A DNA stretch of 64,000 bases from Bacteroidota bacterium (GTDB taxonomy: Bacteria; Bacteroidota; Ignavibacteria; UBA10030), in the NCBI GenBank assembly GCA_040901865.1, contig JBBDYD010000191.1, forward strand, positions 3,242-67,241, written 5' to 3'. The notes below the pieces were generated by a model, which saw only the letters and a list, made by a program, of their open reading frames with translations, was not told where the DNA came from and did no database searches. Below are positions 1 through 8,768 of this stretch, piece after piece. Numbering within the stretch: the stretch's first letter is position 1; each line of letters starts with the position of its first letter. The position numbers and the translations under genes are program-made.

Positions 1-107
1 CGGTTATTCAACCGGGCGGCTCGGTGCGCGACCAGGAGGTCATTGATGCTGCCAATGCCCATGGTATTGCCATGGTGTTTACCGGAATTCGTCACTTTCG
101 TCACTAA
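1..107 (+). CDS. purH: Bifunctional AICAR transformylase/IMP cyclohydrolase PurH, C-terminal end (5' part lies outside the window)
   Basis: The frame starting at nt 3 reads [34 protein letters not shown]. This is the conserved PurH C-terminus, which ends in ...RHFRH. Stop codon at 105-107. Confidence 0.85.
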   Translation, partial: VIQPGGSVRDQEVIDAANAHGIAMVFTGIRHFRH

Positions 108-146
108 ACGATTCACTCTTCACCCTTTACTCTTTCACTATCTATT

Positions 147-1172
147 ATGGGCCTTTTCTCTCTCTTCTCCGCCGACATCGCCATTGACCTGGGTACGGCA
201 AATACGGTCATATGGATGAAAGGCAAAGGCATAGTCCTCAACGAGCCCTCGATCGTGGCATTTGATCGCAATACAAAAAAAATAATTGCGATCGGAAATG
301 AAGCGAGGGAAATGCTGGGCCGCACTCATCGTGATATCCGAACCATACGGCCGATGAAGGACGGAGTGATTGCAGACTTTGAGATCGCAGAAGGGATGTT
401 GAGGGAGTTCATCAAGAAGATCAATTCTTCATGGGTGCCTGCCAAGCGGATTGTCGTTTCGGTCCCTTCGGGGATTACCGAGGTTGAAAAACGCGCGGTG
501 CGCGATTCCGCCGAACACGCAGGTGCCAAAGAAGTGCATTTGCTGGCGGAACCCATGGCCGCCGCGATCGGGGTTGGCCTGGATGTCGACGCGCCGGTGG
601 GAAACATGGTTGTCGATATCGGAGGAGGCACCACCGAGATTGCCGTCATCGCCCTTTCGGGAATTGTGAATGAAGAGTCGATACGTGTGGCCGGCGATGA
701 AATGAATAACGCGATTATCCAGTTCTTTAAACGCAATCACAATATTCTAATCGGTGAAAGGACCGCGGAGGCGATTAAATGTGAAGTGGGATCCGCTATG
801 CCTTTGAAGGAAGAGATTACGATCCAGGTAAAGGGACGCGATCTTGTGAACGGAGTACCGAAAACCACCGAAGTAAGTTCCGTGGAGATCCGGGAAGCGT
901 TAAACGAGCCCATTGCGCAGATCGTCGAAGCCGTCAAGATGACTCTCGAGCGGACTCCGCCGGAACTTTCCGCGGATATTCTTGATCGCGGCATCATGTT
1001 GAGTGGTGGTGGGGCCCTTCTGAAGAATCTGGACGAGCGTCTTCGGCTGGAAACGAATCTGCCGGTCCACGTTTCGGAGGATCCGCTGACGGCTGTCGTT
1101 CGTGGAACGGGAAAAGTGTTGGAGAATCTGGACCAGTACTCAAAAGTCCTCATCAAGAGCAAGCGGTATTAG
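147..1172 (+). CDS. mreB: Rod shape-determining actin-like protein MreB
   Basis: 341 aa. Actin-fold ATPase motifs DLGTANT, VVDIGGGTTE and LSGGGA. Followed by mreC and mreD. Confidence 0.97.
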   Translation: MGLFSLFSADIAIDLGTANTVIWMKGKGIVLNEPSIVAFDRNTKKIIAIGNEAREMLGRTHRDIRTIRPMKDGVIADFEIAEGMLREFIKKINSSWVPAKRIVVSVPSGITEVEKRAVRDSAEHAGAKEVHLLAEPMAAAIGVGLDVDAPVGNMVVDIGGGTTEIAVIALSGIVNEESIRVAGDEMNNAIIQFFKRNHNILIGERTAEAIKCEVGSAMPLKEEITIQVKGRDLVNGVPKTTEVSSVEIREALNEPIAQIVEAVKMTLERTPPELSADILDRGIMLSGGGALLKNLDERLRLETNLPVHVSEDPLTAVVRGTGKVLENLDQYSKVLIKSKRY

Positions 1173-1237
1173 GTTGTGGATCGGGCATGCCCGGTTCTCA
1201 TTAATGCCCTCCGATTTCATTACCCTGAGCGCCTGGT

Positions 1238-2077
1238 ATGTTTGAACGCCTTTACACGCTGTTCATGGAGTTCCGGGAATACGTCCTTCTGTCATCCCTC
1301 GTTGTTCTCTCGTTTATCCTCCTTTCACTGAACGACAAACCCCAGGTAAAGCAAATCCGCGCCGTTCTGACGGTAGCCCTTGGTGTCGTGCAGCAACAGG
1401 TCGCATTTATTCCGCGGTATTTTGGCCTGCGGACGGAAAATGAAATTCTGAGACGATCCAATGTAGAACTTGCGGACGAGGCGAGTCAGCTCCGAGAGGC
1501 AAAACTGGAGAACCTCCGTCTGCGCCGGTTACTCACCCTGAAAGAGCGAACGCCGTTTGAGTTCGTGGCTGCAAGTGTCGTCAGCAAGAATCTCACACTT
1601 CTTCGCAACTCCCTCACACTTGATGTCGGTGAAGCAGATGGCATCCGACCATCAATGCCGGTGGTCAATGACGCCGGACTGATCGGCGTAGTCATTGCCG
1701 TAAGCCGGAATTACGCGGTGGTGAACATCCTGCTCAACACGGATTTTCGGGCAAGCGCAAAAGTGCAGCGAAGCCGTGTCGATGGAATCGTGGCATGGGA
1801 CGGAACCGATATCGTTCTAAAGAACATTGCAAAAACGCTTGATGTGAAGGCCGGCGATGTTGTTCTCACATCGGATTACAGCAGTACGTTTCCTCCGGGA
1901 ATTCGCATCGGACTGGTCAACAGTGTGACCGAGCAAGAAGGAAGCCTTTTCAAACATGTGATCATAACGCCGAGTGTGGATTTTGTGAAACTTGAAGAGG
2001 TGTTTGTGATGACGAAGGCGCCAGACGAGGAGAGATCGGATCTGGAGAAAAAGGTCAACGAGTTGCTCGCCCGGTAG
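1238..2077 (+). CDS. mreC: Rod shape-determining protein MreC
   Basis: 279 aa with an N-terminal TM helix, a coiled-coil segment (LREAKLENLRLRR) and a beta-rich C-terminus. Located between mreB and mreD. Confidence 0.9.
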   Translation: MFERLYTLFMEFREYVLLSSLVVLSFILLSLNDKPQVKQIRAVLTVALGVVQQQVAFIPRYFGLRTENEILRRSNVELADEASQLREAKLENLRLRRLLTLKERTPFEFVAASVVSKNLTLLRNSLTLDVGEADGIRPSMPVVNDAGLIGVVIAVSRNYAVVNILLNTDFRASAKVQRSRVDGIVAWDGTDIVLKNIAKTLDVKAGDVVLTSDYSSTFPPGIRIGLVNSVTEQEGSLFKHVIITPSVDFVKLEEVFVMTKAPDEERSDLEKKVNELLAR

Positions 2078-2081
2078 AACC

Positions 2082-2567
2082 ATGGAACGCCACCTCCGCT
2101 CCTCACTGATTATTCTCGGAATCGTCATCGTTCAGACAGCATTCATGCCGTACGTGGCGATTGGAGGGTTTCTCCCTGACCTTCTCTTGATTTGGGTGGT
2201 ATACACTTCTCTCAAACGCGGGCAAATCGAAGCGACCGTTGCAGGATTTGCGGTGGGATTACTTCAGGATCTCGTGGCGACGCAATTGTTTGGGTTGGCA
2301 GCTCTTTCGAAAACTGCCGCAGGGTTTTTGGGTGGTTATTTCCATAACGAAAACAAAACAGATCAAACGCTGGGATCGTACCAGTTCCTCCTGATCGTAA
2401 GCGTCTGTTCGCTTCTCCATAATGTGATTTTTTTTACTGTATTCCTGCAGGGCTCGGATGTGCCATTGCTCTTGACGGTTCTGCAGTACAGCTTTGCCAC
2501 AACCCTGTACACAGGCGCCATCAGCGCCCTTCCAATGTTCGCATTTGCACGAAAGGCCATGGCGTGA
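2082..2567 (+). CDS. mreD: Rod shape-determining protein MreD
   Basis: 161-aa polytopic membrane protein starting 4 nt after mreC. Its stop overlaps the GTG start of the PBP2 gene (GTGA). Confidence 0.85.
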   Translation: MERHLRSSLIILGIVIVQTAFMPYVAIGGFLPDLLLIWVVYTSLKRGQIEATVAGFAVGLLQDLVATQLFGLAALSKTAAGFLGGYFHNENKTDQTLGSYQFLLIVSVCSLLHNVIFFTVFLQGSDVPLLLTVLQYSFATTLYTGAISALPMFAFARKAMA

Positions 2568-4408
2568 GTTCCGTCATCCATCGCCATGAAGGAACAGGCA
2601 CTCCCGTACGACAACGTGTGTTGACACTGGTCGTCATCGGGATCGTCGGCCTGCTGTTTGTGCGATTGTACCAGCTGCAAATGCTTTACAATATTGAACT
2701 GGGAAAAAAATCCACCGAGAATACTCTTCGCGCTATTGTCCGGGACCCAATCCGAGGGTATGTCTTTGACCGTCACGGAGCCTTGGTGGTGGATGTCGGA
2801 CCGTCGTATTCGGTTACCATTACACCCGCGGAGTTCGACGAACACAGCCTGCCTCTTCTTTCCTCCCTTCTTGCATTGGAGGGTAATGTTATTCAGGAGC
2901 GGATTGAAAAGGGCCGTGCGTATTCGAAGTTTTCTCCCACCCGCATCAAGCGCGATATCGATTTCACGGTGCTGTCGGCGCTTGAAGAACACCTGTACCT
3001 GCTTCCTGGGGTGGGATATCAAATCGATTCAAAGCGATATTATCCGACCGGGGCAAGTGCGACGCATCTCCTTGGATATTGCAAGGAAATTTCCGACGCA
3101 CAATTGACGAAGATGGGCGACTACTACAAACTTGGCGACCTTATCGGGTCTTCGGGCCTCGAAGCAAGTTACGAAACGATGCTACGAGGTCAGAAGGGAT
3201 TTGAGTTCCTTGCCGTGAATGCCCGAGGACAGGTGATCGGACCGTTCGAAGACGGCCGCAACGATATCTCACCCAAGGAAGGATTTGATCTGATTCTCAG
3301 TCTGGACGCCGGCCTGCAGGCGTTTGCGGAATCGCTCATGACGAATTATCGTGGCGCTATTGTCGCCTTAGATCCCTCGAATGGTGGAATTCTCGCCCTT
3401 GTCAGCAAGCCGGATTTCGATCCGGCTATTTTCAGCGGAGTGACGCCGCTTGACGAGTGGGTTCGGTTGAACACGGACACAACCAAGCCTTTGTTTAACC
3501 GCGCCTCGATGACACGATATCCCCCCGGCTCGACCTATAAAATGGTGCTTGCCGCTGCGGCTTTGGAAGAAGGCGTCATTGACGAAAAGTACCGCATTAC
3601 GTGCAATGGCTCATACCGGTTTGGCAATAGAACATTCAAGGATCTTAGCGTCCACGGGTCAACCAATGTGGTCGAGGCCCTTCAAAGAAGCTGTAACGTG
3701 TTCTTCTATCAGCTTATTCACAAGGTGGGGCTCGAAAAATGGGCTGAATACGGAAAGCGGTTCGGGTTCGGTCAGCCAACCGGCGTCGACATCGGCGAAG
3801 AAACCGTTGGGCTTGTTCCAACAGGCGACTATTACGACCGTGTCTACGGAAAAGGCCGCTGGACCCAGGGATATCTTGTAAGTCTCGCTGTGGGTCAGGG
3901 AGAACTCGGTGTGTCTCCTCTTCAGATGGCCGTGTATGCAGCGGCTCTTGCAAACGGCGGAACATTCCATCAACCCCATGCAGTCCAATTCATCCGTAAT
4001 AAACTGACGAATCGGATCGATCAGTTCCAACAGCGAACACGGCCCGTCGGTCTTTCACCGGAAACCATTGCCCTTGTCCGTGAAGGGATGCGCAGAGTGG
4101 TGAATGAACCACGCGGGACCGGACGTGCTGCGCGCATTCCCGATATCGTGGTTTCCGGGAAAACCGGAACGGCGGAGAACCCTCATGGGGACGACCATGC
4201 ATGGTTCGTTGGCTTCGCACCATTTGAAGCACCGACCATCGCAGTAACGATCATGTTGGAGAATGCCGGTTCCGGCGGAGCGCGCGCCGCACCGCTCGCA
4301 GGCCTGGTGATCGAGAAATACATTCACGGGAAAATTAGGGGCTACAAACCGAAACTTCAGATTCCCGTTTCTGATTCAACACGAGTCATCACTCAAACCA
4401 TTCACTGA
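2564..4408 (+). CDS. mrdA: Penicillin-binding protein 2 (elongasome transpeptidase)
   Basis: 614 aa with an N-terminal TM anchor. Class B PBP motifs STYK (PPGSTYK), SCN (RSCN) and KTGTA. Confidence 0.95.
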   Translation: MSSVIHRHEGTGTPVRQRVLTLVVIGIVGLLFVRLYQLQMLYNIELGKKSTENTLRAIVRDPIRGYVFDRHGALVVDVGPSYSVTITPAEFDEHSLPLLSSLLALEGNVIQERIEKGRAYSKFSPTRIKRDIDFTVLSALEEHLYLLPGVGYQIDSKRYYPTGASATHLLGYCKEISDAQLTKMGDYYKLGDLIGSSGLEASYETMLRGQKGFEFLAVNARGQVIGPFEDGRNDISPKEGFDLILSLDAGLQAFAESLMTNYRGAIVALDPSNGGILALVSKPDFDPAIFSGVTPLDEWVRLNTDTTKPLFNRASMTRYPPGSTYKMVLAAAALEEGVIDEKYRITCNGSYRFGNRTFKDLSVHGSTNVVEALQRSCNVFFYQLIHKVGLEKWAEYGKRFGFGQPTGVDIGEETVGLVPTGDYYDRVYGKGRWTQGYLVSLAVGQGELGVSPLQMAVYAAALANGGTFHQPHAVQFIRNKLTNRIDQFQQRTRPVGLSPETIALVREGMRRVVNEPRGTGRAARIPDIVVSGKTGTAENPHGDDHAWFVGFAPFEAPTIAVTIMLENAGSGGARAAPLAGLVIEKYIHGKIRGYKPKLQIPVSDSTRVITQTIH

Positions 4409-5625
4409 TGCTGGACTATTTCAAAGAATATTTTGATTTCAAGGCCTTCTTCCTGACAATGGGGCTTGTGGTCATCGGTCTGGTGTCGGTGTATAGCGCG
4501 ACTTATGACGCCGGGGCAGCTTCCATCTTCCAGCGTCAATTGATGTGGGCGGGAATCGGGTTTATCGGTATGATCGTGGCGGCAGTTCTTCCGCTCAAAA
4601 CCATTCAACGGCTGAGTGTTCCGGCCTACGTCGTCAGTCTCGTGATATTGTTTGTGGTGCTCGTGGTGGGAAAAACTGTTTCGGGGTCGAAAAGCTGGCT
4701 CGGCGTCGGCGGATTGGGCGGCCAGCCGTCAGAGCTTGCCAAAGTTGCCACGATTCTTGCCCTGGGGGCCTTTCTGGCAAAAACCACAACCGTGGTTTCA
4801 GACCCGAAGCACCTCTTTTTTGCCATTGCCATTGCCCTGATCCCCACGGCTCTTGTCCTCGCCCAACCCGATGTTGGTACCTCGATGGTATTTTTTGCAT
4901 TGTTGTTGCCGGTGCTCTATTGGGCCGGCGTTGATAATTTCGTACTTGCGGCAATTCTCTCTCCCGTAATCGTAGCGGTGGGTGCGTTGTTAGGTACGTT
5001 CTTTTTTATTGTGAGTGTTCTCGTTTGTGCCGTACTTCTTTATATGAGTCGCCAGAACCGTTTTATTGCGGCCATGGCGTTCGCTGTGACGCTGGCAGTC
5101 GGGGTTTCCGTTCAGTTTGTGTATGAACGAATGCCTGCCTATCAGCAAAAACGTATCATTACGTTCCTCAATCCGGAATCCGATCCTCTGGGGTCGGGAT
5201 ACAACGTCCTTCAGGCAAAAGTGGCTATCGGTTCGGGCGGACTGTTCGGAAAGGGATATCTTCAGGGGTCGCAGACACAACTGAATTTCATTCCGGAACA
5301 ATGGACCGATTTTATTTTCTGCGTTCCCGGAGAAGAATTTGGTTTCTTTGGAGCTTCCATCGTGCTCCTGTTGTTCGGAGGGCTTCTGCTTCACGGAATC
5401 AAAGTGGCATCGGTGTCTAAGAACCGGTTTGCGGGAATTGCCGCCATTGGCATCACAGCCGTTCTCGCTACGCATATGTTGATCAATATCGGCATGTCCA
5501 TGGGGCTTATGCCGGTCGTGGGAATCCCTCTTCCCTTCCTGAGTTATGGCGGATCTGCGCTGCTGATGAACATGGTGATGTCGGGCCTGCTGATGAATTT
5601 CTGGGCCAATCGAAAAGAGTATTAA
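4408..5625 (+). CDS. rodA: SEDS-family peptidoglycan polymerase RodA
   Basis: 405-aa polytopic FtsW/RodA-family protein. 1-nt TGATG overlap with mrdA. Confidence 0.95.
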   Translation: MLDYFKEYFDFKAFFLTMGLVVIGLVSVYSATYDAGAASIFQRQLMWAGIGFIGMIVAAVLPLKTIQRLSVPAYVVSLVILFVVLVVGKTVSGSKSWLGVGGLGGQPSELAKVATILALGAFLAKTTTVVSDPKHLFFAIAIALIPTALVLAQPDVGTSMVFFALLLPVLYWAGVDNFVLAAILSPVIVAVGALLGTFFFIVSVLVCAVLLYMSRQNRFIAAMAFAVTLAVGVSVQFVYERMPAYQQKRIITFLNPESDPLGSGYNVLQAKVAIGSGGLFGKGYLQGSQTQLNFIPEQWTDFIFCVPGEEFGFFGASIVLLLFGGLLLHGIKVASVSKNRFAGIAAIGITAVLATHMLINIGMSMGLMPVVGIPLPFLSYGGSALLMNMVMSGLLMNFWANRKEY

Positions 5626-5690
5626 CCCTCCTTTGGAAACGAATCGGCCGAAAGCGATGTTGAGGGGTATCAACAACCCAACCCGGTGAA

Positions 5691-6920
5691 ATGACTCAAC
5701 CATGGATGTTTGCAGTATTCTTTATTGTCGTATGTTCGTTGTTCGGATTGACGCAATATCGGCTCTTTCGGTTGTTTCGCGTCTGGATTGCGGCAGCATT
5801 TCACGAAGCCAGGCGCAGAGTTTGGCTTAAAGCAGGTCGGGCGGTTCTCCTCGGGTTCAACATCCTTTTCGCACTTCAGTTCGTTCTTCGAATCAGCAGT
5901 GTTTACGATGCTCCCCTCGTCCAATCACTCTTCATCTATCCGAGCGGTTTATTCTTTGCAACAGTTGTATTGTCCTTCCTGATCGTTTCGATGACGGACA
6001 TTGTGCGATTGCTGTTGCGCCTGGGCCGTCGATTGGCCGGGGCTCACCCGGTCACAAAGGAGGACACGGGAATCCCATTGGATGAAGAAAGAAGAAAATT
6101 CCTCATGCGCAGCGGACTTACAACAGTCGCCGCCCTTGGGTCGTTTCCAATCGTGGCATCCCTGGCAACAGCACGGGACTACCAATTGAATCGAATCGAA
6201 TTAAAACTTCAGGGATTTCCCTCAGAGCTCAATGGAATGACACTCGTGCAGATCAGTGATATTCACTCCGGCATCTATATGACGGAAGAGAATATGAAGG
6301 AGATCATCGACCTGGCAAACAGTCTGCATCCAACCATCGTGATGGTAACCGGAGACTTTGTGGACTCTTCGGACTCTCAAATCGAACCGTTATCGAATGC
6401 ACTAAAGGATCTCAAGGCAGAGCTTGCCGTGTACGGATGTTTGGGGAACCACGATCATTTTGCGACAGCCTCGCGCGTTACCGCTGCGGTTCAGGAGCGC
6501 GGTGTCGTGATGTTGAACAATTCGCACGAGAAGATGATTCTGAACAACCGGATGATCACCGTTGTCGGAATCGATGATGCCGGACACGGAGCAGCGAATT
6601 TTGGGAGCTTTGACGAAGCGCTCAACGGTGTCGACCCGGAGTCCTTCAAAATTATGTTGACACACAGGCCTGCCGCATGGGACGAATGCCGCACCCGCGG
6701 ATTAAACCTCACACTTGCGGGCCATACACACGGGGGTCAGGTCGGGTTTCAAATCGGTCCGTTGAATCTCAATCCCGTGTACCTCGTCCACAAGTACGCC
6801 ATGGGACTTTACGAGGAAGAAGAAAAATACCTTTACGTGAATGTCGGCGTCGGGATGGTGGGTGTTCCGATCCGCATGGTACGACCCGAGATCGCCGCGA
6901 TCACGCTCATCTCTGCCTGA
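5691..6920 (+). CDS. Membrane-anchored calcineurin-like metallophosphoesterase (YkuE/YaeI-like)
   Basis: 409 aa. About 4 N-terminal TM helices, an internal RRKFL twin-arginine-like motif, and phosphoesterase motifs DIHSG, GDFVD, GNHD and GHTHGG. Confidence 0.85.
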   Translation: MTQPWMFAVFFIVVCSLFGLTQYRLFRLFRVWIAAAFHEARRRVWLKAGRAVLLGFNILFALQFVLRISSVYDAPLVQSLFIYPSGLFFATVVLSFLIVSMTDIVRLLLRLGRRLAGAHPVTKEDTGIPLDEERRKFLMRSGLTTVAALGSFPIVASLATARDYQLNRIELKLQGFPSELNGMTLVQISDIHSGIYMTEENMKEIIDLANSLHPTIVMVTGDFVDSSDSQIEPLSNALKDLKAELAVYGCLGNHDHFATASRVTAAVQERGVVMLNNSHEKMILNNRMITVVGIDDAGHGAANFGSFDEALNGVDPESFKIMLTHRPAAWDECRTRGLNLTLAGHTHGGQVGFQIGPLNLNPVYLVHKYAMGLYEEEEKYLYVNVGVGMVGVPIRMVRPEIAAITLISA

Positions 6921-7018
6921 CTTCGCCGCTCAAGACCATTTCGTTGAAAGTCAGCCGACTTTTCTGTATCCTGCCTCTTCATTCTCTCACCGCAATTCCA
7001 ACAATTCAGGATTAACCT

Positions 7019-7831
7019 GTGTCTGTCGATACTTTGTTTCTCGCCTTCGGCGGTATCGCTGCAGGGACGTTCGGAGCCCTGCTCGGACTTGGCGGCGGAG
7101 TGTTTTTGATTCCCTTCCTCGTGCTTGTCCTTCAAGTGCCCATGCATCAGGCGATTGCAACCAGTATTGTGGCTGTTATTGCCACCTCAAGTACTGGGGC
7201 CGCAATGAATCTGGAACGGCACATGGTGAACATTCGTCTCGGAATGCTCCTGGAAACCACAACAGTGGCGGGCGCAATCGCGGGAGGATTGACGGCCTCG
7301 ATGCTCGATGCCGATGTCCTGACGAAGATCTTCGGGGTTCTCCTTATCGGAATTGCTGCGATGATGGCCCTGAGCGGAAAAATGTCCGCCATGGTCCCGG
7401 CAACTGGCGGGAAGAAAGAGGTCTTGGCAGGAGAATACCACGATGATGCCACTCATGCAAACGTTCTGTACTCCGTGAGAAACGTGGGACCCACAATGGT
7501 TATTTCCCTGCTCGCGGGTAATGTTTCGGGACTCCTCGGTTTGGGCGGTGGGATCTTCAAGGTTCCTGCTATGCATTTACTCTCGGGAATCCCCCTTAAA
7601 GCGGCCACAGCAACCAGTAACTTTATGATTGGGGTAACCGCAGCAGCGGGAGCGTTTATCTATTTTGCGGAAGGCCATCTTGATCCGCATATTGCAGCGC
7701 CCACGGCCTTGGGGGTGCTCCTGGGTTCATTTTTCGGAATTCGCCTGGGGAGGATCATGAAAGCCAGCATCCTCAAGTGGGTTTTCATTGTTGTGCTCAT
7801 TGCTGCATCCATTCAACTAATAGCCCGTTGA
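7019..7831 (+). CDS. TauE/SafE (TSUP) family anion permease
   Basis: 270 aa from a GTG start. Polytopic, with duplicated glycine-rich helices (LGLGGGVFLIP and LLGLGGGIFKVP) typical of the family. Confidence 0.85.
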   Translation: MSVDTLFLAFGGIAAGTFGALLGLGGGVFLIPFLVLVLQVPMHQAIATSIVAVIATSSTGAAMNLERHMVNIRLGMLLETTTVAGAIAGGLTASMLDADVLTKIFGVLLIGIAAMMALSGKMSAMVPATGGKKEVLAGEYHDDATHANVLYSVRNVGPTMVISLLAGNVSGLLGLGGGIFKVPAMHLLSGIPLKAATATSNFMIGVTAAAGAFIYFAEGHLDPHIAAPTALGVLLGSFFGIRLGRIMKASILKWVFIVVLIAASIQLIAR

Positions 7832-8187
7832 TGACCAGCCAAAAACAGAATCACGACCGCTGGATAGCGTGGACTCTCAAAATCGGAATGTGGCTGAGTG
7901 CCTGCTTACTGCTTACGGGTGTAACGCTTTCATATGCCACTCCGGCGGAAACGTCGCCGGGAAACCTCTTGAATATGGCCGAGTTTCTCACGTCGATGAT
8001 GCGGTCGCAACTTCCGCTTGGTGAAGCGTTCTTGTATGCTGGAATTATGACGCTGATGTTTACGCCTGTACTCCGCGTAGGGGCAGCAGTCATTACATTC
8101 ATAGCGGAGCGTGATTGGAGATTCGTCGGTGTTTCAGTTGCTGTATTTGTGGTCCTGCTTCTCGAAGTCATCCTCTCCTTGCAATGA
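7831..8187 (+). CDS. DUF1634-like small membrane protein (usual partner of TauE/SafE permeases)
   Basis: Internal ATG at 7831 overlaps the TauE stop by 1 nt. About 118 aa with 3 TM helices. The assignment rests on position and topology. Confidence 0.7.
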   Translation: MTSQKQNHDRWIAWTLKIGMWLSACLLLTGVTLSYATPAETSPGNLLNMAEFLTSMMRSQLPLGEAFLYAGIMTLMFTPVLRVGAAVITFIAERDWRFVGVSVAVFVVLLLEVILSLQ

Positions 8188-8765
8188 CCATCATCCATTC
8201 GTTCAAGATCCTGTTTCTCATTGTGCTTTCTTCGGGAGGCATGGTGTCGTTCGCCTCCTCCCAGGCTCTTGACTGGTCTGAAACCACATTTTCCCTCACT
8301 GCCCAATGGATTAGTCCTCAAAAAGATTTCGGTACCTATTGGAACAACGGCCCGGCTGTGGGGGCTTATGCGGGGATTCCGCTGAACCATCCCATTTCGA
8401 TTACCGCCCTCGCCATTGTTTCGTGGCACTCACCCGCCGAAACATCACGCAAAGCAAAAATCCCGCAGGTATTGCTCTTCCAACTCGGCGGCGGATTTGC
8501 CCTGAGCCAGAACCTCTCCGAAAGTCTGGATGTTTCCTTTGCCGTCCTTCTTGTGAATAACGCATTCATTATGACCGGCCCTGCTGTTCGGCCGGGATTC
8601 GAAAATGCTGTTGAATCGGAATTCGGCATCTCCTTCGAGTGGACTCTGACAATGAAACCGGAATCGACTCCGCCACTATCCTTTCTCGCCTCCTATCAGC
8701 CGATTTTCGTTGGCCTTGATCCCGTGGCAATTATTTCCATAGGTCTCGCCGTGGGGCTTGAGTAA
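8184..8765 (+). CDS. Small secreted or outer-membrane beta-rich protein, function unknown
   Basis: ATGA overlap with the preceding gene. Signal peptide MTIIHSFKILFLIVLSSGGMVSFASSQ. Alternating hydrophobic pattern throughout. Confidence 0.5.
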   Translation: MTIIHSFKILFLIVLSSGGMVSFASSQALDWSETTFSLTAQWISPQKDFGTYWNNGPAVGAYAGIPLNHPISITALAIVSWHSPAETSRKAKIPQVLLFQLGGGFALSQNLSESLDVSFAVLLVNNAFIMTGPAVRPGFENAVESEFGISFEWTLTMKPESTPPLSFLASYQPIFVGLDPVAIISIGLAVGLE

Positions 8766-8768
8766 TTC

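Noticed and set aside
147-5625. The mreBCD-mrdA-rodA operon as something unusual
   Set aside because: The gene order, motifs and overlaps are canonical. It is ordinary housekeeping content.
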